Assembly: GCA_947589515.1 (NCBI GenBank)
Contig: CANQBE010000003.1
Span: forward strand, 1 to 63,272
DNA: 63,272 nt
From: an uncultured Bacilli bacterium
GTDB lineage: Bacteria; Bacillota_I; Bacilli_A; RF39; UBA660
Direction of reading: 5' to 3'
The notes under the pieces: generated by a model
Told to the model about the DNA's origin: nothing
The model's input: only the letters and a program-made list of their open reading frames with translations
Database searches by the model: none
In this document: positions 58,691-63,272 of the stretch, piece after piece
Position numbering within the stretch: the stretch's first letter is position 1
Layout: every line of letters begins with the position of its first letter
Translations under genes and position numbers: made by a program

Positions 58691-59197
58691 GTGAAAAATT
58701 TTGTGATACCTGCTGAATATATTATTTCTACTTTGATAGATTATGAGAAACAATATTTTAGTTTTGATGCTATTAGTTGTTGGGAAATTAGTATAATTGT
58801 GGATAAAATAAATAGTTTTCTTTCAGAAAAACATTTTGATTGGATTGAAAAATACAATATATTTTTTCATTTCAGTGATGAGATTAGTACATTATCTGGA
58901 AAGGATTTTGGAAATGATTTTGAAGATGAAATTTTCGTTAGAAAAAATCACTTTTATTTTAAAAAAGTAGATAAGGTTCCTTTTGTAGCGTACTCTTATC
59001 CAGTTTGCCAAAGAATGAAATTCTTATTTAGTAATAATTATCTTATGCTAAAATTTATGATAGAAGCAAAAGAAGATATATTAAAGATAGAAAAAAATTT
59101 TTTTCCTATCGAAGAAAAAAATTGTATTTCGTTGGTAAAAGAAAAATTATATCCGTTAGGAAAAAGTAATCAGAAAATAAAAATGTTTTATTCTTAG
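58691..59197 (+). CDS. Hypothetical protein
   Basis: 168-aa open frame after ffh with GGGG RBS and GTG start; no recognisable motif. Confidence 0.6.
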   Translation: MKNFVIPAEYIISTLIDYEKQYFSFDAISCWEISIIVDKINSFLSEKHFDWIEKYNIFFHFSDEISTLSGKDFGNDFEDEIFVRKNHFYFKKVDKVPFVAYSYPVCQRMKFLFSNNYLMLKFMIEAKEDILKIEKNFFPIEEKNCISLVKEKLYPLGKSNQKIKMFYS

Positions 59198-59260
59198 GCC
59201 AATCAATTACTACATAGTTTTGATTTTTCATACTATAAACTAGATAGGAGGAAAGAAACT

Positions 59261-59596
59261 ATGTTCAGAAATTGTTGTTATGATAGACAAAATGATGTGA
59301 ACAACACTTTTAATGCAGAAAACATGGATGTTGATATGAACATCGAAATGCAAAATAACCAAATGGGAATGATGGCTCCTCAAATGGCTGGAGGAATGCA
59401 AAGTCCAATCATTGAACCAATGCAAGAAAGAGTTGTAAATCGTACTATCGTACATGAAGTTCCACACGTATGTCCTATGAGAACGAAAATAGTTAACCAT
59501 CATGTATTTAAACATACTTATCAACCATCTTACTCATGTTGTGAAGAAAACGTATGTAGCGAAGTTCAATGTGGTTCTTGTTGTAATTTTAGATAA
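59261..59596 (+). CDS. CotD-related spore coat protein
   Basis: PIIEPMQERVVNRTIVHEVPHVCPMRTKIVNHH matches the CotD pattern; Cys-rich tail; CATACTAT (sigmaE/K-type -10) upstream. Confidence 0.7.
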   Translation: MFRNCCYDRQNDVNNTFNAENMDVDMNIEMQNNQMGMMAPQMAGGMQSPIIEPMQERVVNRTIVHEVPHVCPMRTKIVNHHVFKHTYQPSYSCCEENVCSEVQCGSCCNFR

Positions 59597-59701
59597 AAAG
59601 TCGAAAGACTTTTTTTCTTTTGTAAATTTTTGTCAAATTAATGTAAATTACTTGTAGTCCTTGTAAATTCGGTTTATGATTAAACTAGGGAAGGTGATAC
59701 A

Positions 59702-59902
59702 GTGATATACCCATCTATTGATAAAATCTTAAATATTATTGATTCAAAGTATGAATTAGTTCATATTATCAGTGAAAGAAGTAAAGAAATGACAAAAACT
59801 GGTCATTATCAAATGCCGGAATATCAATATAAATCTAAAAAAAATCTCGGTAGAGCATTAGAAGAAATCGAAGCAAATTTGTTAGTGGTTAAAAAAGATT
59901 AA
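59702..59902 (+). CDS. rpoZ: RNA polymerase omega subunit
   Basis: MIYPSIDK.L..IDSKYELV...S.R...ALEEI. Confidence 0.9.
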   Translation: MIYPSIDKILNIIDSKYELVHIISERSKEMTKTGHYQMPEYQYKSKKNLGRALEEIEANLLVVKKD

Positions 59903-59950
59903 GAAATTAGTCTTTTTTTCTTGTATAATAGAGATAGTAGGTGATGTGAT

Positions 59951-60700
59951 TTGAAAATTGAAAAATTTTCGAAAAATAAAAATGGTATGTATATTCTAAC
60001 GATAGAAAATGGTACTAAAATAAAAATACATGAAGACTTGATATTAAAATACGAACTTCTTTTATCGAAAGAGATAACACCATCTTTATTAGAAACAATC
60101 AATAGTGAAAATCAAATTTATGAACTTTATGAACTTTCTTTAAAATACTTAAAAATTCGCTTAAGAGGAAAAAAAGAGTTAGAAGAGTATTTATTAAAGA
60201 AAGGATATAGTAAAGAATTAATAGATTCTACAGTAGAATTATTGCAAAAACAAGGATATCTAGATGACAAGAGTTATACAAATGCTTTTATCCATGATAA
60301 AATTTTAATGAGTAGTGCTGGTCCTGAAAAAATAAAGAGTGAATTAGAAAAAAATGGTATTTCATGCGAACTCATTGAAGAATGTATGTCGGTATTTACG
60401 AAGGAATTAGAAAAAGAAAGAGTCGAAAAAATAGTTAAAAAGCAAATCCAAACCAATCATAATAAAGGAAGCATATTATTAAAAAGAAAAATACAGATGT
60501 ATTTGATCAATTTAGGATATTCCAATGATATCATTAATGAATGTTTAAATGGAAGAAAACTAGTATCTGAAGATTTATATCAAAAAGAATATGAAAAACT
60601 ATATACGAAGTTAAGCAAAAAATATGAAGGAAAAGAATTAGAATATAGACTGAAACAAAAAATGTATCAAAAAGGATTTTCTAATAATAATGAAGAATAA
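59951..60700 (+). CDS. recX: Regulatory protein RecX
   Basis: SLKYLKIRLR..KEL..YL..KGY, GYLDD..Y, GP.KI..EL..GI, LYQKGF-like end. Confidence 0.9.
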   Translation: MKIEKFSKNKNGMYILTIENGTKIKIHEDLILKYELLLSKEITPSLLETINSENQIYELYELSLKYLKIRLRGKKELEEYLLKKGYSKELIDSTVELLQKQGYLDDKSYTNAFIHDKILMSSAGPEKIKSELEKNGISCELIEECMSVFTKELEKERVEKIVKKQIQTNHNKGSILLKRKIQMYLINLGYSNDIINECLNGRKLVSEDLYQKEYEKLYTKLSKKYEGKELEYRLKQKMYQKGFSNNNEE

Positions 60701-60701
60701 A

Positions 60702-60728
60702 AAAAGGCTACCATTGGTAGTCTTTATT
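60702..60728. terminator. Bidirectional terminator between recX and prsA
   Basis: AAAGGCTACC-ATT-GGTAGTCTTT. Confidence 0.7.
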
Positions 60729-61725
60729 GATTAGATTCTTGTAATCTTTTCTTAATATTTTTTAAATAAAGTTCATACTGTGATTTTAATCGATCATCAT
60801 GAATATTAACTTCATATTCTTTTCTTAATTCTTCTAGTGCTGTAATTTGTAAAGTGGCATCATCATTTAATTTATCTTTCGCAATTTCTTCAATAATATC
60901 ATCTTTTACAGTATCCAATTTTGGTTTATCTTTTTGTGCATCTTTGTAAATAATATGATATCCATAAGTAGTTTTTACAGGAGTAGTTGTATATTTTCCA
61001 ACTTCAAGACTTTTAGCTGCTTCTTCAAATTCTTCTACCATATCCCCATGAACGAAATCATTAAGCTTACCACCCTTAGAAGCATTAGATTCATCATCAG
61101 AATATTCTTTTGCTAATTCACTAAAATCTTCACCATTATTTAATTTGGTAATAATTTCATTAGCTGTTTTTAAAGCTTCTTCTTCAGCAGCCGTTTTTTC
61201 AGCATCAGTCATATTATCATTTACTTCAGGTGAAATTAAAATATGTCTAGCCGAAATATCACCAAAGATTTTATCATCATAAAATTTATTAATTTCATCT
61301 TCAGATACCAAGGTTTTACCATAATCTTCGATTGCCAAATTTTTCTTATAAGATAATGTGATATAATCTTTCAAGTCATCCATATTATCAATACCATAAT
61401 AATTATAAGTATATTCTAATAAGTCAGCTTCATTTCCTTGATATTGTGCAAGTAATAAATCAATTTGGCTTTGAACTTCTTTTTTAGATTCATCAGTATC
61501 TGGATATTTTTGATTTAAAATTTCCGTATCCATTAAATCTAATAACACACTAAGTGCAAATTTATCTTTCATTTCTTGATACAAAGTATCTACAGAAATA
61601 TTTTCTCCTTTTAAAGTAACAACTGCATCTTGACCATTTTCAAGTTTTGGTACTTTTCCACATCCTGTTGCAAGTAGTAATAATGCTAAAGTACTACCTA
61701 CTAATTTGATTGTATTTTTTTTCAT
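60724..61725 (-). CDS. prsA: Foldase lipoprotein PrsA (parvulin PPIase)
   Basis: Lipobox LATGC; ARHILI, FSELAKEYSDD.SNA.KGG.L, EFEEAA, TYGYHII; start reset to ATG 61725 (GGAGG). Confidence 0.93.
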   Translation of the reverse strand: MKKNTIKLVGSTLALLLLATGCGKVPKLENGQDAVVTLKGENISVDTLYQEMKDKFALSVLLDLMDTEILNQKYPDTDESKKEVQSQIDLLLAQYQGNEADLLEYTYNYYGIDNMDDLKDYITLSYKKNLAIEDYGKTLVSEDEINKFYDDKIFGDISARHILISPEVNDNMTDAEKTAAEEEALKTANEIITKLNNGEDFSELAKEYSDDESNASKGGKLNDFVHGDMVEEFEEAAKSLEVGKYTTTPVKTTYGYHIIYKDAQKDKPKLDTVKDDIIEEIAKDKLNDDATLQITALEELRKEYEVNIHDDRLKSQYELYLKNIKKRLQESNQ

Positions 61726-61869
61726 AGTTTTTCCTCCTAGTACATGTATTATCATAACAAATATCTTTAAAAAAAACAATAATTTCAAAAAAAATCATTT
61801 CTGGCCTGAACTTTTTTTTAAAATTTCCATATGATACTATGAGTAATCAAAAAAAGGAGGAATTTAATT

Positions 61870-61950
61870 ATGGGTAATTACGTATCAAGTTCCGCTATCG
61901 TATTAGTTTTATTTATCTTATTAGTAATTATTCTTGGTGCATGGATCTAA
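61870..61950 (+). CDS. YjcZ/SscA-family small sporulation protein (26 aa)
   Basis: MGNYVSSSAIVLVLFILLVIILGAWI; AAGGAGG RBS; ivvLfILLiIi pattern. Confidence 0.8.
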   Translation: MGNYVSSSAIVLVLFILLVIILGAWI

Positions 61951-61968
61951 TCTAAGGAGGTGAAGAAC

Positions 61969-62088
61969 ATGTCTTGTAATCAAGGACAAACAAATAACTG
62001 CCAAAACACCTCAGGAAGTGGATATGTCATTATAATTGTTCTTTATATCTTACTTGCTATTATTTTAGGTGCATGGCTATCATGTTAA
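61969..62088 (+). CDS. YjcZ/SscA-family small sporulation protein (39 aa)
   Basis: MSCNQGQTNNCQNTSGSGYVIIIVLYILLAIILGAWLSC; AAGGAGGTG RBS. Confidence 0.8.
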   Translation: MSCNQGQTNNCQNTSGSGYVIIIVLYILLAIILGAWLSC

Positions 62089-62091
62089 TTT

Positions 62092-62117
62092 AAAAGAAGA
62101 ATTGATTTCTTCTTTTT
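62092..62117 (+). terminator. Terminator after the yjcZ-like pair
   Basis: AAAAGAAGAA-TTGAT-TTCTTCTTTTT. Confidence 0.7.
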
Positions 62118-62166
62118 GTTTGAAAGAAAATGTGCTATACTGTAAATATAGGATAGGTGAAACTAA

Positions 62167-63272
62167 ATGAGAAAGAAATTGAGTTTGAAACAAATCATTT
62201 TGATTTTAATGGTATGTTCAGGATTAATAGGAATATTAACAGTTAGTTATGCTTTTTTTGTAACGAGTACAACAAGTAAAGATTATGTAATTTATACAGG
62301 AAATTTAAAAGTAGATTATGCAAAAAAGACATCTGTTATTAATTTAGAGGATACTTATCCAATGAGTAATCAAGATGGATTACAACAAACCCCTCATGAA
62401 TTTACAGTAACCAATAATGGCAATATTGATGCTAGATATCAAATTCGATTAGAGATAGATAAAAATATAAAAAATATGGTTCCATTAGAATATATAAGAA
62501 TTAGTTATGCCAAAAATAATGGAGAATATAGTAAACCAGTATTATTAAGTGATTTAAGTAGTAGTTTAGTATTTGTAAAAAATACGAGTATCGAAGCAGA
62601 TGGAGCAAAAGATAGTTATGGAATCAAGTTATGGATAGATATTAGTGCACCAAATGAGATTCAAGGAAAAGAGTTTAAAGCAAGGATTGTAGTAGATAGT
62701 ATTCAAGACGTAGATGATGGATATGTAGTAGATACTCCACCAATCATTACTTTAAAGAAAGATGAAAAAGGAAATCAAGATGTTCATTTAAAAGTAGGAG
62801 AAGAATATCACGAATTAGGAGTAGAAAAAGTAGAAGATGATCAAGAGATATTTACAATCGATGATGTTACAACAACAATTGAATATTATAATGGAACCAA
62901 TCAAGAAGTAAAAGAAGTACAAGAGATTGATACTACTCAAACAGGAATCTATTATATTACTTATCATGTAACAGATGAAAGCGGTAATATGGGACAAGCA
63001 ACAAGGATTGTCACCATAAATCAAACAGATACCTTACCAAGTATTACGCTAAAAGGTGAGCAAACATTAACCCTAGGAGAAGGAGATTATTATAAAGAAG
63101 AAGGAGTAGAAGTAAAAGAAGGAAACAAAGTAGTAACAATAGGAGAAGTGAAGACAAGTTTAATTGGAAGTTATACAGTTAGATATATTGTAGTTGATAA
63201 AGAAGGAAACTTAAATAGTACAGCAAGAACAGTACAAGTAATAGCACCACATCGAGAAGAAATCTTAAATGG
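62167..63272 (+). CDS. Truncated secreted/surface protein: SipW/TasA-class N-terminus plus DUF5011-like Ig repeats
   Basis: Open frame from ATG 62167 to the window end: MRKKLSLKQIILILMVCSGLIGILTVSYAFF...TGNL.VDY...; two PP/PS.ITL...IDT...G.Y.ITY.V.D..GN units; AGGTG RBS. Confidence 0.8.
   Translation, partial: MRKKLSLKQIILILMVCSGLIGILTVSYAFFVTSTTSKDYVIYTGNLKVDYAKKTSVINLEDTYPMSNQDGLQQTPHEFTVTNNGNIDARYQIRLEIDKNIKNMVPLEYIRISYAKNNGEYSKPVLLSDLSSSLVFVKNTSIEADGAKDSYGIKLWIDISAPNEIQGKEFKARIVVDSIQDVDDGYVVDTPPIITLKKDEKGNQDVHLKVGEEYHELGVEKVEDDQEIFTIDDVTTTIEYYNGTNQEVKEVQEIDTTQTGIYYITYHVTDESGNMGQATRIVTINQTDTLPSITLKGEQTLTLGEGDYYKEEGVEVKEGNKVVTIGEVKTSLIGSYTVRYIVVDKEGNLNSTARTVQVIAPHREEILN

Noticed and set aside
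2279-62815. Other short alternative-frame ORFs in the track (e.g. 2279-2521, 5894-6136, 14266-14469, 20974-21222, 24900-25115, 26286-26558, 31769-32026, 33606-34058, 48052-48315, 58062-58568, 59240-59524, 59899-60102, 62815-63024)
   Set aside because: Each lies within or opposite a well-supported gene, has no RBS or recognisable motif, and has the composition expected of a shadow frame.
1-63272. tRNA, rRNA, tmRNA, SRP RNA or riboswitches
   Set aside because: Intergenic gaps are short and AT-rich. I found no cloverleaf/TTCGA-CCA pattern, T-box or riboswitch core by eye, including upstream of cysE; an Infernal/Rfam scan would be needed to exclude divergent cases.

Overview
63 kb of very AT-rich chromosome from a walled, spore-forming, apparently reduced Bacillota/Bacilli genome. 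The gene set and order resemble uncultured gut Bacilli; that taxonomy is inference. The backbone is largely syntenic with Bacillus subtilis: rpsD-ezrA-iscS-thiI-sspA...ackA; der...spoIVA-hup; cca-dnaD-nth...ponA-recU...gpsB-rnpB; rodZ-pgsA-recA-rny; ftsY-ylxM...ffh; rpoZ, recX, prsA. Four accessory elements stand out. (1) 6337-13759: six tandem genes built only from 29 helicase-associated (HA, PF03457-like) ~71-aa repeats plus a shared C-terminal cap, with no helicase, a hypervariable di-residue in each repeat and clear module shuffling. (2) 51101-53296: a protein with 13 tandem 31-aa mTERF/TALE-like helical repeats followed by a C-terminus resembling sigma-70 regions 2 and 4, a candidate repeat-targeted sigma factor. 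(3) 18687-25697: four tandem ~1820-bp units encoding chimeric surface proteins (SipW/TasA-type N-terminus, pilin-like middle, variable phage-tail-like C-terminus), with an identical 78-bp intergenic element and a conserved 9-9-9 palindrome at each RBS. (4) A HerA ATPase plus an R-S-QxE ADP-ribosyltransferase-like gene inserted between ylxM and ffh. Also present are a pentapeptide-repeat/radical SAM fusion, several apparent pseudo-enzymes, three small ORFs and a truncated final ORF missed by the ORF track, and RNase P RNA. I saw no CRISPR array, rRNA, tRNA, reverse transcriptase or recombinase. Family assignments come from motif recognition by eye, not database searches.
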